64,000 nt of DNA. Origin: Trichoplax adhaerens (lineage: Eukaryota > Animalia > Placozoa). The first letter of the stretch is position 1. Each line of letters begins with the position of its first letter. Of the stretch, positions 1 to 14,649 are shown in pieces. Under the pieces are notes generated by a model, which saw nothing but the letters and a program-made list of their open reading frames with translations, had not been told where the DNA came from and did no database searches. Position numbers and translations under genes: made by a program. The stretch is taken from contig NW_002060976.1 in NCBI RefSeq assembly GCF_000150275.1, forward strand, positions 315,626 through 379,625. The letters are read 5' to 3'.

Positions 1-1893
1 GATTAAAAATCTTTCGCAGCTTTCAATTTACTACATACTATTACTAAATTATTTGTATCTAGTCCATCAAAAGATGTTAATGAATAAATAATGCAAGTAC
101 GTGCAGGCAGCTTTAGTAATCACAATGTATCAACATAAATCAATACGAACCCAAGCTAACGACAGTTAAACATAACAGAACAACAATTTCATGCATGACC
201 GATCAAAGATTAAAATTTTGTTTCGTTTAAAATTCTAGTAAAGATGATTTATAAATCGTTTATTAATCCATAAAAATTACCAAAAAAAATGTGATACCTT
301 AATTAAGATAAAATCTCATATGATATTCGAAGAAGAAATATTAACAAATTGTTTGTATGTATTCCAAAGTTTGCAATTCTACATCTACTAGCTAAAGTAT
401 ATAGTTCATACTGTCTACTAGATTACTTAGAATAATTATACAATATAATATTGTAATTATAACATTTATGCTTCAATAATGATTAAAATAATAGTAATTT
501 AATTTTAAAGTAGAAGTCACGTTTACTCTGTCATCGAATACAATGTGAATGTGATCATCTTTACTTGAGATATAATTCAAGATTGCTAGTAATTTTTTTA
601 TAGTTATTAGCTGTATACCGTAGAAAGATTTAACTAACAGTTAATTTATAATTACTATTAATTTAGTAATCTGGAAAATCTGGCTTAGTATTTATTGGAT
701 CATATATAATACTGTCACAAATCATGATTTATAATACTTAGATGGATAATGAGAGTATAAAATACGGTATGACTCACTTAGGAAATTCTACAAAGAAGCC
801 TTTCAATAGCACTTATTTGCTACTCTATGGTAGTAATTTAATCAAGTAAAACGAAAGCGAAGTACACACACTACAAATTTTACACTCAAGACGACACTCA
901 CGACAGTCGCTTTAATACATATGCATACTGTAGAACCGTAGAAACACAATAAGCCCAATTTTTCTTATCTAACCAGTAAACAATAGATAAATACTAACAT
1001 TCCGTTAATAGAGTGTGTCAGGAGTTCATTAAGCAGAATATAATAACAGACCTCTGACAGAAATTATAAATATTCAGCGGTTCTATCGTTATCATGAACA
1101 TATATTACTTAGGGTTGTATAATATTAGCAATGAAAATATACACCTTACTTTATGAAAAAGTAATTACATTGGAAATGAATTCGAATGCAAATTGAAACA
1201 GAGATTATTATTATATCATGGTCATGAATAGTCAAGTTAACTTAATCAGCATATCATCTTCAAAACTCGTTTCGGAACAAATTCACTTCTAGTTTAATTC
1301 ACAATACTTTAGATTGGTAAATTAATAGCGTAAAAATTAAGCACATGACTAACCGTCAAGTGTATTCGCTAAAATTGGATTTTGATAATAGCTACAGAAA
1401 CAGTCTCCTGTAGGTACAACATTCTCACTACTAATACAAATCTGTTCATCTGTTCAGTAGGTTAAATATCAGGTTATCGGTTCAAAAAAAATCTCTCCTT
1501 ATTCAATATTTGCCAGTTTTGATGCACAGTATGATATCAAATTTTGTTTATTTCTACGATTAATGTCCCGACCTAGTGAACCGATACATGATTACTGAGT
1601 TACAGTTCAACTTCTGCACTGGTTTGCTATCTCGTGGATGAAAGTGCAGTCTTTCCGATAAGTTACCTGCATATATGTCATCAAAATTAGCAATCATAGA
1701 GTTGAATAATGACTTGATAATACATTTGGTAGTTATTCAAGCATGACAGTGGTAATGAAATGTGACTAATTTAAATGGCTTGCATTCGTTTTGTTCTGCT
1801 TATATGACAGTTAGATTGGCAGTTGTGTATTAGCGACAGGAGATAATATAATTTAAGAAAATGACCGCAAACGGTAGACGAAGAGATACTGCC

Positions 1894-2883
1894 TTATCGA
1901 ATCCAATCGTTTCTTTGAATTCGAAGATGTCTGGATCCTTTATTTTTTCGTACCATGTAGAGAATTGGATTGTACATTGGGGATAGGAATATAAGGCATC
2001 CAAGTAAAAATATAGCTATAGTCAATTTGCTATATCCATCAAATGTTAATCTAGCATAGTTGATGTCTATATAAATCATCATTATAAATCCTACCAGTAA
2101 TGGAGATCTTGATATGATAAAGGAAATTGAGATATAAATAAGAGTCTTGATGACTCGTTCCTTATGTTCTTGGCTTCCCACTACATTTTGAAAACGCTCT
2201 CTTGTTGATGATGAAACTTGCTTTAGTTTCCTAACAACTCTAGCATAGCAGTACGACATGATGATAATCGGTATTATATAGCAACAAATTAGATTATATA
2301 AAAAAAGGATTATCATCAAATAATTTTGACCACAGGTGATAAATTTGCACGTTACTTTCGAAACAGGATCAGCGATAATGATATTGACACCAAATATAGG
2401 TACTGTGACAGCGATTATCCACAGGCTATACAGAATGATTGCAAATTTTTCTCTCTTCATTGGGACACTTTTAGGATAAAGAATCACTCTATGCCTCTCG
2501 ATTGCGATCAGGACCAGCATATACACATGCAAAGAATTGGTAAATAACGATAAGAAGCTTAACAATTTACAGATAGGATTCATAATTTCATGAGGCCAGC
2601 CCATTGAATAAGTCCCGAGAACCGTAATACAGTATAAAATAACGATCATTGTTATAAGTAAATCGCAAATTGCTAAATGAAGCATAAGAACATCAGTTGA
2701 AGACTTTAATTTATCAAATTTAATCATCCTGAAAACGATAATAAAATTAACGATAAAGGCTATTATGTAAGCCAGTAAACCTAAAATGGCAAAAAGCATG
2801 ATGAAGTTAGGTGAGAAAATACTTGAAATGGTGGCATTAGATGGTAGTGAAGAATTAAAAGAGCAAAATTTTAACGATTCCAT
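1894..2883 (-). CDS. Intronless rhodopsin-like (class A) GPCR, left-cluster member 1 (~329 aa)
   Basis: Seven hydrophobic segments; TM2 HLAICD, ECL1 GWP, TM3 Cys (ICK), ERH in place of DRY, TM7 NPILY. The ORF track starts at a TTG (2952); the first ATG is at 2883 (MESLKF..., followed by NSS/NAT glycosylation sequons). Confidence 0.92.
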   Translation of the reverse strand: MESLKFCSFNSSLPSNATISSIFSPNFIMLFAILGLLAYIIAFIVNFIIVFRMIKFDKLKSSTDVLMLHLAICDLLITMIVILYCITVLGTYSMGWPHEIMNPICKLLSFLSLFTNSLHVYMLVLIAIERHRVILYPKSVPMKREKFAIILYSLWIIAVTVPIFGVNIIIADPVSKVTCKFITCGQNYLMIILFLYNLICCYIIPIIIMSYCYARVVRKLKQVSSSTRERFQNVVGSQEHKERVIKTLIYISISFIISRSPLLVGFIMMIYIDINYARLTFDGYSKLTIAIFLLGCLIFLSPMYNPILYMVRKNKGSRHLRIQRNDWIR

Positions 2884-5809
2884 AATTTCATGCAAAGGCA
2901 ATAATGAGGACCAAAACAGTTCGTTATGTAGACTAAAATCGGAAAACAGCAAATCGTAAAATGTTAGACTTTATTATAATTACGGATACAAGCCGTTCGC
3001 TGTACTGTACCATATTTTACATTTATATTTGTTATTATAACTTAGTTCGATTTAGATCTTTTTCGATTATATCTTGGAGGATAATAATAGAATGATAAGC
3101 ATCAGATAGTCTTTAATACAAGAATTTTACTTTGAATAAAACTTTCAGATATAAATTTTTACTAAACATTAGTTTATAATGCGATCTACTATATAGATAA
3201 ACTACATAACCGCTTTTAATAGATGTCTCTGATATAGAAAACTTTAAAGTATTACTCGGATTACCTTGTATTTCCAAAATCTTACAAATAAGCGACACGA
3301 GCGTTACAATATCAAAATCGCAGTAATTAATCGTTCAACCCTTATTAATGATCTATTCCGAAGTATTTTAAAACATGAATTACGAACAGTATATTATATC
3401 AAACTGTCAAATCACCTGGTTGAATACTGCGTCATTTGCAACAATGCATCTAGAGGTAAAAAATTAACATCCTAGGATTTTGTGATTGCTTACAATAGTA
3501 AATTATAGCATATAATATTGCAGTAAACAACTAATCATATATCACTAAGACAGTTTTAATGCAGGATCTACACATTACAAAAGGCCAGATCATTTCTTTC
3601 CATAGAATTGAAATTACCAATTTATTCTATTCTTCATGATAAGCTTATAAGAACAATAATTTTATACTCTAAACAATTCTATAGTAAAAAAATAACTTAG
3701 CACTAATGTATCATTCCTATTTAATGTTATTAGTGCACTACAATCAGTCTACCAAAAATATCACAAGTCAGATATTTAAACGAATTATTTATTTCTGATA
3801 GATTTCAATGTGAAATCAAAATTACTTTATTTATTTAAATTCAGCAAATTTATTTTTAAAAATTGGATCATTTTTTCTTTGCCTCAAATTTTAGAAATAT
3901 TAATAAGAGTTTTCTGCAAAATGGAGCCTGTTTAGTTTAACAATATTATAAGCAGCTCTAAAATAAGTGCAAGTAAGCAATTGGCATGTCTAGTATAAAC
4001 TATCTTAACAAAAGAAACAATTTTGTTTCACATAAAATTAAAAATTAATCAAACATTTAGCATTATTCTAACCTAAGAAAGTGAATCCTAAGAGCTTAGA
4101 TGGAACCCATCGATAAATATGGAAGAAAATAAGTTAACCAAAGAAATTCCAGGACTCCACTATGAAAAAATTTTTATTTATTTTTATCGATTATTGAAAG
4201 ATTTATTATTAATCTTTGATTCATCGCGGATAAGATTATAGTAGTTGTTAATAACCTAGTTATCTTTCATATTTCAAGAATTCTTCATCAGAATGAAACT
4301 TCTTTGTTACATTGACATAAAGATTTAAAAGGCTTGCATACGGTACCTTCTCACCGTGGAGTTCTGATCATAACAGAAATATTACTTTCCGTTCTTGTCC
4401 ACAGACACCTATTGTTATAATTTCACGAAAATATTAAAGATGTTGAGAATATGAACTAGAATAATTGGATATCTTGCAGTAATAATTAATTCACTAACAG
4501 TAAACCTCTATATAATGATGGGATATATCAATCATGACTTGGCTCCGGATAAACCTACTGTATACGAAAACCATGGTATACTACAGACAGCAATCCTTTA
4601 ATTACTATAATCTCAATCATTTGTTAAATTAATTCTTGGACTAATTAGTTAGTATCATAAACAACCTGCATTAACATTTAGCGTATTTTCGTGTAGATGT
4701 TCCTTATAAACCATTTTAAGCTTTAGGAAACTAATATATCTTATATAATTCAATTCATTGTACAAATTTCAACAAATATCCATGGCTTCTAGTTTTATAG
4801 GGCATGTCCAATTAAATAAATGGCATCGTGACTTATTTTCTATACCTTTAACGAAAAATAAATTTAATAAATAGATATCTTGGCAAATGACAGCGGCTAC
4901 AGGTCATGGGATTATATAGTAGATAAAATTAATGTATTTTAAAGCAAAATATTACCGGTACTTGATTTAAGCTAAAATCTAAGATATTGCCAAAATGAAG
5001 CCTCGCAAATTAAATAATATTTAAATACTCATTCGCTAGACTTGATCTTATTAAATTAACTAAAGTTAAAGCCTGTACAATTTTTAATTCTAATAAAGTT
5101 CCTGAACATATAGAGAGGGTATTTACGATAGGTAATAAATTATTTATACGACTAATTTAGATTACTGGATAAAATGATATAAATATAGCTAGGTACCAGG
5201 TAGCAGTAAATTACTGTCGCTTGCTTATTATTTGCTAAGTAATACTAATAATTTGTATACTAAAAATAAAATTGATGAATATTTGATTCATTACCTTATG
5301 ATAAGTGAAAATTATTCATGAACTCAACATCTTATATTTAAATAATAGAAATAGCTTCAATATACTCATTTGGCATATTTTTGGATTGCCGCTTTATAAT
5401 ATGTGCACATAGTAAATTTGCAATAAATGGATTTTATAACTTCTCAGGTTCGCAGTCCAGTATTCAAGCTTTGTGCTATTACAATTAAGCAAACCCCTAA
5501 TACGATAGAGTAAAGTCAATACCGTATTTAACCTTAAGAGTATCACTTGTTAATAGGCTGCTTATCGTAGAGCAGTCTTTATATCATTTTTAATTAAGTA
5601 TGGTATGCGACATAAGGAAGTGAAATATTTCCTGGTATTTGACGGACAGATTTTGGGTGAGATGCAAGAGAGATCTTAATACGAAGAGGCAATACTTTAT
5701 ATAGACTTAGAGGGAATCACGAACATGATCCGAGTAGAAATAGGACAGTAAATACAAACGCACGACAGACAAGAAGAATAATAACTTTGTGATATAGAAC
5801 TGTAACGAT

Positions 5810-6500
5810 ACTTATAGTATATTCGTATATGCAGTATGGTACACAGTACAAGATATTTACCACAGCTACTGAACATTCACATTAAGAACGCTATAAAGCT
5901 TTAGTTATGACTCTATAAGTAATGTTAGATTAAGAGCTATTCTACTTTCTAATGCTTCGTATAGAGAAAGGTGATATCATACTTCATATAAGTACTGCAA
6001 TGAGATGCAAATTACTACAATTATGTACTTATAAAATCATTTAAACTTGAATATAACCAAGTATTGGTTTAATTTAAAGCTTAAGTTCCTCATGCAGTAT
6101 TAAAATATATTCCCGCTATAAGAGTAGTAATACAAAAAATAATCTTTGATTTTAAACTACTTCGATATCAGTCAATTACAGAAATCTTAAACAATTAAAC
6201 GCCAGATTTATTTCTACAATGCATTCATTTCTAACCACTGTTTACTAAAAATAATACTAGATCTATACGCTATTAAAACTGTTTTCGTATGAATAAAAAT
6301 TATCTGATGTAAACATCTCTAATCTCGAAGGTACTAATACAGTATTTTTATAATTATTTTATGATCATTATTAATCAAGTATGAGAAAGTGCCAATTCAT
6401 CTAAGATGTAGCTAACGTAATACAGTCTTCTGTGAGTGTGAATATTTGCCTTACATTAGGGTATTGACTTCTACCGAAAGTCATATACTCGTATTCCAAT
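5810..6500. repeat. Diverged duplicated non-coding block; partner at ~24300-24890
   Basis: e.g. tagtatattcgtatatgcagt vs tagcatattcgtacgtgcagt; agtcaattacaga in both; gagtgtgaatatt in both. Confidence 0.75.
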
Positions 6501-6719
6501 AATAATAAGGTAAAACGATTGATGATTATGTATAAACGTCGATATTGCCGAGTAATTGTTTTCAAATCACACAATAAAGTATTCTTTAGGCAGGCGCTTC
6601 CTGTCTATTCAATTATATAGTTTTATTTGTAAGAAGTACTTGCTTCTATAAATTAATAGTACTATAGGGCTAGTATGACGAAACGTACACTAAGGAAATA
6701 ATATGCATTTTGTACCGAT

Positions 6720-6970
6720 TTCACGAAAGTAAATTTTCGTGGCATGTACATTGTTTCTATGCTACGTTTGATATATGCTTATATGCCAGTAATTTTTAAG
6801 GTCTTCTCTACCGTTACTTTAGGAATTAACAGTTGCTGAGCTAGTAGTTCTTAGTTTAGGATCAGGCAGACTAAAGCAGTAATAGCCAACTACTTTAACC
6901 AGATTGCATTTATCAGCTAGAAAGATATGAAGATTGGAAGTAAAGTTTCTAAGTTTAGATGATGTATCTT
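6720..6970. repeat. Diverged duplicated block; partner at ~14005-14245
   Basis: tcacgaaagtaaattttcgtggcat vs tcacaaaagtaatcttcgtggcat; both end in ctaagtttaga. Confidence 0.7.
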
Positions 6971-8049
6971 CATTGAATAGCCTAATATGTTTGTTAAATT
7001 ACTATTGTATTAGAAGATGAGATCAATAATATGATTAAAACTAATATGATCTATGGTCTGGCCGATAATAAGGTAAATTTTTAATTTTCAAGACAGATTG
7101 AAGGCCTCACTATGCTAAATTTTAATTGTATTTACATAGGAAAATCAACTGATTAATAATCCAATTTACGGAAGTATAGATTCGAAAACATACTCTAAAC
7201 CTTTGCTATAAGCTAGGATTATTTCTAAGTCGTAAGAATCGAATATAAAAAGATCTAGCTGATATCCACATATTGTAATATACATGTGTTACAATGTTAT
7301 ACACTGTAATATCGAGATCATAGTAGAAACATCTATGTTTGGATAATTTTGTAGATTGACCCTTATATGAAGACTATCTAATTAAGAAAGGTGATATTTA
7401 AATATAGCACTAGCTTTTATGGTGATATATACGGCCTACTGAAATTAGCAGTTTAATTAGGGAATCAGGAATAATCTTTTTCGATTCAAATCACTGTGAT
7501 TGTAATTTACTTATGGTAGATTGTAGATTATCGTAGAAATTTTTCATGATAGAACATATTGTAATCTGACAATTTTGTATTAGTCATTCCGATGTCTATG
7601 TTTGTAAATACTGCTGTCGTCATTAGGTAGCAGTAAATAAAATTAGCTTTAGATTCATTATCAGGTTTCAACGTTAATATTACTAACTGGATGTCTTTGC
7701 TATTGTAAAAGAGTATATAAATGCGATAAATCGTATAATAAAGTCAGTTCTTATTATTATTAGTGTTTAACTTAAGATAAGAGGCGCCTAAGTCTTCTTT
7801 TAGTCCACTAGTATCGAAAAAGAGTTCCTGAAAGAGTAGATACTGCTCCCTGATACGTAGTTCAGGAATCGACTGTTTGATCGTACATTACGTTATCTTG
7901 TTGCAAAGCTGCTTTGTAACAGCATGTAAAAAAAGCACTTTGTCAACTACTTCCAAAAATTCATAACCCTAAATAATTAAGGAAACGCCACACAAATCTA
8001 GTAGATGAAAGAGTTTTGCTATACAGTGGTTTATATTAATTTATATGTA

Positions 8050-9620
8050 TATTAAGTTGCTATTTATTTCTACTTCTAGTTTCTTTCCTTGTCTATCTCG
8101 ACCCTTTTTTGGAAATATTCTTCTTTTATATCTCTCGTTAATTCATAAAATTTTACTAACTGAAATGGTCAATAACTGTTAGTCATTGCCTTACACTTTA
8201 CTTTCATGCTTTATTATTAATGTTTAATACATTTAGAAGCAATATCAAATTTCCTTTACGTGGTTATCACAGTTCTAACAAAAAGGCCTAATTGAGCTTA
8301 TAAAGTACTTAAATTAATTTATTACATTTTTTAATTAACATCACCGTCAATAAACTACAGTTATTACAATTAAACTTCGTAATAGTGTAGCTGAAACTTA
8401 TTCTATAATGCAACTGTTCAGTAATCCCAATCATCGTTAATTATACATTTGGAATGGTCACTATAGTATAGTAGTTATGATTTCAGAAGTAAATGTCATA
8501 AATAAAGAATAAATAAAGAACTTTTAACATGTAGAATTTGGAGGAATATCCACTAGAGTTCAAATACCATACCATAGTAGTTTGAGCTAATTACAGCAGT
8601 AATTGAAGTACAGTAGCATTAAGACGTAGAATAGTCTACTATGCTTATAAGGTAATTTCATGATTACTGATGATGAAAAGGTGTATTAATACTATTCATA
8701 CTTTGAGATAAACTTATTAATTCTATCTATTTCTATTTTTCTTAAGTTGTTTCCTTGCCTATTTCGATCCTTTGGCCGGAGATATTCTTCTCTCACATAT
8801 TTCGTTATTCGATAATACTTTCGTAAAAGTAATTAATTGTCCACAATTTGTAATTACTACCTTACATTTTACTTTCACACTAATTATTACAGTTATTTCC
8901 TGTATTGTAACTTATTATTGTGATTGTAGACTGTTAGCCATGTGTAGTATAATGTACGGTAGATATTTATCCTAAGAGATATTTGGTAGCTGTAACTATA
9001 GACTGTAGTGGTAGAGACTCTATGCTAGAGTACAGATGACTATATACAGTAAGCTGTTGAGTTACTAATATGGCTATAGGTAGAAATAGAACTGTAAATC
9101 ATATATTAGGATATGGTTAATTCATTGTACTTTGGCTGGTGTGAATAATGTCTACGTAAGTACTGTAGTCGTATCCATATTGGATTAACGATGGTCCGCA
9201 GTAGAATAGTCTTACTAAGAATAATTAAACTATGTGTAAAATAAGGTAAAAGGTTGCCATGCGGATTGTAGCTGCGAATGCTACGAAAAGTATAAAAGCA
9301 TGCAACTTTAGATTATTCTGTTAGTTCGTTGTAGAAGTCTTTAGAAGTAGTATTCGGCTAGAGTAGAGCTGTGTAGTTAATCTTTGTATAAGATTCAATA
9401 AAGCCCTTATTTTTCTAAAATTTGGAATTTCGTGATTGGTATATATCACATTTCCTTATATTTTACTCTTATGCTATCCATTGTGTATTTAAAGTTTTAG
9501 AATATATATTAATTTATCCTTTACGCATTGGTTACAATTCCTTTTTCTATCATTCTTCCATTACAATTCCTGATTATTACATAACAACGCCTCATTCTAA
9601 TCTTAGTATGCTTATTAGTG
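8050..9620. repeat. Composite of duplicated blocks: 8050-8290, 8720-8900 and 26900-27125; 8350-8520 and 13680-13850; 8915-9430 and 21570-22100; 9540-9610 and 27125-27190
   Basis: Shared strings such as tattgtgattgtagact, gattgtagctgcgaa, gctagagtagagctgtgt, ttacaattcctgattattac, atgcaactgtt. Boundaries approximate. Confidence 0.7.
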
Positions 9621-10199
9621 GAGCTATCGCATTAATTGTTAAATTACAAATTAGGATAAAATTATTTTTTGCCACGTACACAATGGTATTAATTCTGCAA
9701 CTATATTTATTTAAGAATATCATTATTATAACTACTTAAGTTAGTAAAGGATAAGTTAAGTATATTAGCGCGCTAAGGTACCTAAGAAGATAACTGAATA
9801 TAATATATGCCAGGAGAACAAGGATCATGTTCTAGTTGTACTTTAACTATTAGCATAGAATTCCAACTACCATTTCTCATTATGTATTATCATAGTAAGA
9901 ATCTATTAAATCAAAAATCAAAGTAAATTAGATAAAAATTAATTATCAATAATTATTTTATTGAATTTATGATAAAAGGCTTCATTTCTGATACCTATAC
10001 ATTATCATACTCTATTATAAGAGAGTTTTGAGTATTTCAATAATCCAATGAAAGGTTTATTTTTCAACTCTAAAAATGCCATTATTCTTATGCTTTCTAC
10101 TTGCTAATATTTTCTACCTTTAGACAGATATAAATTTTAGTTAGATATTGATACAAATATTCAAAGTTTGCGAATATGAATTAAAATAACTTACTGATA

Positions 10200-12150
10200 A
10201 TATTTGATTCGGCTTTATTAATTATGTGTAATCCGAAAGCTAATACATAATTATCTGAGAATCTAGCCAAATTATCAATACGCAACATAATGATAACTAT
10301 ATTAAGTCTGAACTAAGAGAACTAAATCGCCTCCGCAATTTAGATTTCACTGCCTTTTGCGTTATTTAAAATAGTTTATTTCCTATTCAAAAATAGGCGC
10401 TGTAACAACAGTAGCTCATACATCCAAATCGCACAAGGACAAAATTATATTAGATTACAGTTCGATTACTAATTCTTCATCATTTCGTAGGGTATGCAAA
10501 ATAAGGGGACAACCTATGAATATGTGTTTTGCGAGTAGAGCATAACTACATTGAATTAATGGAAGTCATAATGCGATAACGTTTGAAATAAGTGCAATAG
10601 TATTCGAGCAAACCAGACATTTCAGAATCCTGAATAGTTTATGTTATCTAGATAGGTAGCTGATTAGTAAGAAGTACAAGTGTTCTAGTTTCTTTGAAGG
10701 AATAAATTTTTCAGTCTTGTCTTCTTCTTCATTAAATAGATAATTGGATTATGTAAAGGGGAAAGAATAAGAAGAAGACTTACAAAAAAATTAACTATCG
10801 TTATACGTTCATAGTCATTATTCGTTAGATTTGCTCTATTGATTTCTACGTAAACTTCTTGGATGAATAAAATTACTAGTGGTAAAGCCGATATAAGAAA
10901 TAAGATCGAAATACAGGTAACCATCTTAATAGTTCGAGCTTTATTTTTTTGTTCTGAATTAGTATAGCTAAAGCGTTTTTTCATTATTATTCCAACTTTA
11001 CGTAATTTTTTTATAACTCTGAAGTGGCAATATACGATTACAGCACAAGATACTACAAAGCCAATAAAAATGCTATAGCTAGAATACAGCAGTCCTAAAT
11101 AGCTTTGACCATTTGGTTGCCAAGAATATATACAAACAACTTTAAAATGAGGGTCTGCTATGGTATCGGGTACAAGTGCTGCTGGAAAACAGACTGATAA
11201 TATCCATATGCTAGCCAACTGGATAATTACCGTTCTAGTTTTATAGAAAGGCTTCGTTGGATGAACGATAATTCTATATCTATCAACCGAGATCATTACC
11301 AATGATAAAATATGTAAAGCTAAGCTTGCATTTAACGCAAAGAATAGTACTTTACAAGCAATATTTAAGATTTCGGCAGGCCAGCCTAATGGATAAGTTA
11401 TATATCCGATGACACAGTAAGCAAAATACGGTATGCAAGAGAGCAAATCGCAAAGAACTAAGTGCAGAAAGAGAATATCCGAAGAAGACTTTATCTTTTC
11501 CACTTTCACAACCAAGATAAAAATCATAAAATTGAAGATAAATCCCAACGTAAAAATAAGTAACATTATCACCCCAGTATACCAATAACGATTAAATAAA
11601 ATAGTAGTCCATTCTGTTGTTGAGTTAAATATTTTTGAATAATTGTTAGTAAGTGTATATGATACTTCCATGATCGGTTATGGTGCTTGGACAAGTTATA
11701 TTGGAGCCAAAATGTTCACTATATTTAAGAAGAAAAAGTATGAGTAAAATACTGGAAAAGTTTCAAATTTTGACCGTGAAAATACTAGCGACGGATTTCA
11801 TATGAAATGACGATAATTCAACTTTAAGATATCAATTATGTTAGATGCTGCTTAATTCCAACAATACATTTTCTCAGAATCTGTTAAAGTAGATATATAA
11901 CAGTATAATAGAAGCAATTTATTAGTTATAAATAGCTCTATTGATCAATCTACTATTATTTGTAATCTGTACAGCTATGACATTCACTGATGTTAGTTCA
12001 ATCAAATAAAAAAATTGATAAATTTCACTAATACCTTGTACAATCAGATTTTTTAATAGTCAATCATCTTCCGTCAAGGAATAAAGGATTATGATTGCTT
12101 TTTAGTAACTCGGAAACATTTAATTATAAATAATTCATTATTTTGCATTG
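10200..12150. repeat. Segmental duplication containing GPCR member 2; partner at ~17250-19190
   Basis: Alignable by eye through the 3' flank (e.g. gagtagagcataa, tagataggtagct), the CDS and the 5' flank (gctatgaca, aattcattattttg). Confidence 0.85.
10685..11671 (-). CDS. Intronless class A GPCR, left-cluster member 2 (328 aa)
   Basis: 7TM; HLVLCD, GWP, ACK, DRY, NPIIY; N-terminal sequons NYS/NST. Confidence 0.95.
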   Translation of the reverse strand: MEVSYTLTNNYSKIFNSTTEWTTILFNRYWYTGVIMLLIFTLGFIFNFMIFILVVKVEKIKSSSDILFLHLVLCDLLSCIPYFAYCVIGYITYPLGWPAEILNIACKVLFFALNASLALHILSLVMISVDRYRIIVHPTKPFYKTRTVIIQLASIWILSVCFPAALVPDTIADPHFKVVCIYSWQPNGQSYLGLLYSSYSIFIGFVVSCAVIVYCHFRVIKKLRKVGIIMKKRFSYTNSEQKNKARTIKMVTCISILFLISALPLVILFIQEVYVEINRANLTNNDYERITIVNFFVSLLLILSPLHNPIIYLMKKKTRLKNLFLQRN

Positions 12151-14649
12151 TAGATACTTAATTATGAATACAATATTGATTTGCATATAAAAATATTTCT
12201 TGTATTTATTCTGTATTTAATATGGCATTGCGTGTCGTTATCGCTTACTTCAAGTAAGATAGTTTAGATTATAAAAGAATCTGTCTACAGATAGACTTAA
12301 CTATATTTTGAGTCGAGTTAATTGATTTGTAAAATGATAGTCTCGGTAAACATGCCCTAGCATGAGTGCATTGATTCACATAAAACGCTATCTATTTCGT
12401 CGTAAGTAACAGAGCTGCCAGTCTCAAGAGGTTTTCATAATTATGGTTTACCTGGAGTTTAATACTACTGCGATCTACGGCATAATTTAATTGATTGAAG
12501 TAAATTCCTATTCTATTAAGTGGTGTAAAAGAGCTAAGGAGTGAGAATGAACACAACAATGCTAGCTTACGTTTCAAACGTCTAGCTCGTAGAATTTTGT
12601 AAGCTTGTAATTAATGCATTATGTAGAGAACTGAATTATGTAGGAGAGATGTCTATACAATATGGTATAAAAGATTATTTGGCAGCTACATTATCAGCCT
12701 ATGCAGGGCCAATTTATTAATATTATTTTCAAGGTCCATCATATCGGAAATGAAATTAGCCTTTGTTACTGTGTTACCTTACCGTTAGGATTGTTTAATA
12801 AGTACAGTAGTAGCTAATTTGGAAAATATTCGTATTTGTAAAGCTAGGTAAGAAAAGTAATGCCTTAACGTGGATATTATTTGTGATAATTTATTATATA
12901 TTTGATATTGATTGTTATTATACGTAGCTAGTAGTAAGATGATTCAAATTCTAGCTTTTGATAGTTGAATTAGACAACATACATGCTTAGATTAAGATTA
13001 AATATGAGTAAGAGATCAAAAATATTTACTGATAGAAAAGCTATGTAAGGGACATCCCAGTCAGAGATATCTCTCCTAGTAAGTAAAGTATAATAATAAT
13101 ATTGTTGCTTTTTACAAATTAGACGATTTCTATACAAACGGAAACATTTGGGTTGAGTTGTGTGGTAAAAAATTATAGAATGTCTATGCCAACAACAGTT
13201 CTATCTTCACGGTACTACTGTGTGTGTGTTTAATGTTTAGAAAAAGGGGGGTTAAAGTCAGTAGTTACTTGTAGACTTTTACTGCAAGTTTCTTTGTCGC
13301 AGAGTTGAAATCGTGACAGTCTTCAACCTTTTCATGTAACTCTTAAAGAACTTTCCTGTTTTTCAAAAACTGGTCTCATACTCCAGAAAATTTTACCGTA
13401 TAAATAACAATATAACGAAAGCAGAAATTATGTTACTAAATAAAGTAAATATCAATAATGAGTAAATAGTGCTTTAAAATAATATCAACGCTGATGAAGC
13501 CAGCAAGGATAACTCAGAGTGTATACCAATAAAAATTGAAATAATACTTAAGTATCTGAAGCTACTTCCCCTTGCTTCTTTTAGTACTATGAATAATTAC
13601 CGACAAAAGTGTTTAACAAAGCTTACCTGGTACTTAAATTAATGTACTGCATTTTACAATTACAGCTATGACAAGCAAATATGATTACTACCATTAAACT
13701 TTGTTATAGCCTAACCCTAACCCTTACTCATAATTATTCCATGATGCAACTGTTTAACAATCTCAATCATTGTTAAATGATTATTTGGAAAAGGTATAAT
13801 GAAACAATAACGCTGGTCTCAGAAATAGAATGTCAAAAATAATAGTAGAAATTTGAAATTTTTATGTCAAAATCATGTTAATGTTTCATAAAGCATTTCA
13901 GAAAATTCTAACTGTCAACGTATCGCACCAATAATAATATTATGATTCAGCAATATACTACGTAATACCAGATGAAAAGAATGAAGTTCTTGAATACCTT
14001 TCTGTCACAAAAGTAATCTTCGTGGCATATACTTTATTTCTATCTTACGTTCTAATAATCTTTATATCTCAGAAATGTTTACGGTCTCCCTAATTGTAAT
14101 TTTAGTGGTTAACAGTTGATATACTTAATTTAGGATTACATGACTAAAATAGTAATAGCAAACCAGTTAAACTGGATTATATTTATCACTTCCAAGGTTG
14201 TTAAGGTTCAAAGTACAATTCCTAAGTTTAGAGGAAATGTCTTGCGGCATCTATTCTTCTTGACTAAGTAGTAATAATAAAGAAAAATTTGTACTAGATG
14301 AATTCCAAAAAGAACAGAATTACTAAATTACTGAAATATGCACCTTTTATTTGCTAGGCAGAGCAGTAGGTGTTATCAGATTACTATCTTACCATTTTAA
14401 AGTAATCTAAATTAAACTACTAATTAAACACATGACAAGAAAATTTATAGCTTAGACTTTCCAATGACTAAATGAATAATAATTAATCGTAATTTTACCG
14501 TAAAAAGTATTTTCTATAATTTACAAAATGTAAGCATAATAAAACAATTATTTCAGCCATTAGTCTACTATTTGCTAGCTATTAATAACCATTAGTCATT
14601 GTATCTGTACTTTTTAAGTGTAAAAGTAGAACGCTTTACGGACAATATT

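Noticed and set aside
100-200. Possible GPCR pseudogene start (cggtcATG, hydrophobic MHEIVVLLCLTVVSLG)
   Set aside because: Stops after 18 codons, with no diagnostic TM2/TM3 motif visible before the window edge.
2326-2547. Short overlapping or antisense ORFs inside real CDSs (also 11352, 18375, 29630, 38901, 43013, 47371, 52157, 57218, 57819)
   Set aside because: Shadow or alternate frames of genuine coding exons, with no independent support.
2884-2952. TTG-initiated N-terminal extensions on GPCR ORFs (also 57956-57964)
   Set aside because: Bacterial-style start calls; in this eukaryotic DNA the first in-frame ATG gives paralogue-like lengths.
7740-7970. Minus-strand frame GYEFLEVVDKVLFLHAV...QELFFDTSGLKEDLG with one stop
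   Set aside because: No recognisable homology or splice context.
13710-13724. Telomere-like cctaaccctaaccct
   Set aside because: Only about 2.5 units; too short to call an interstitial telomere.
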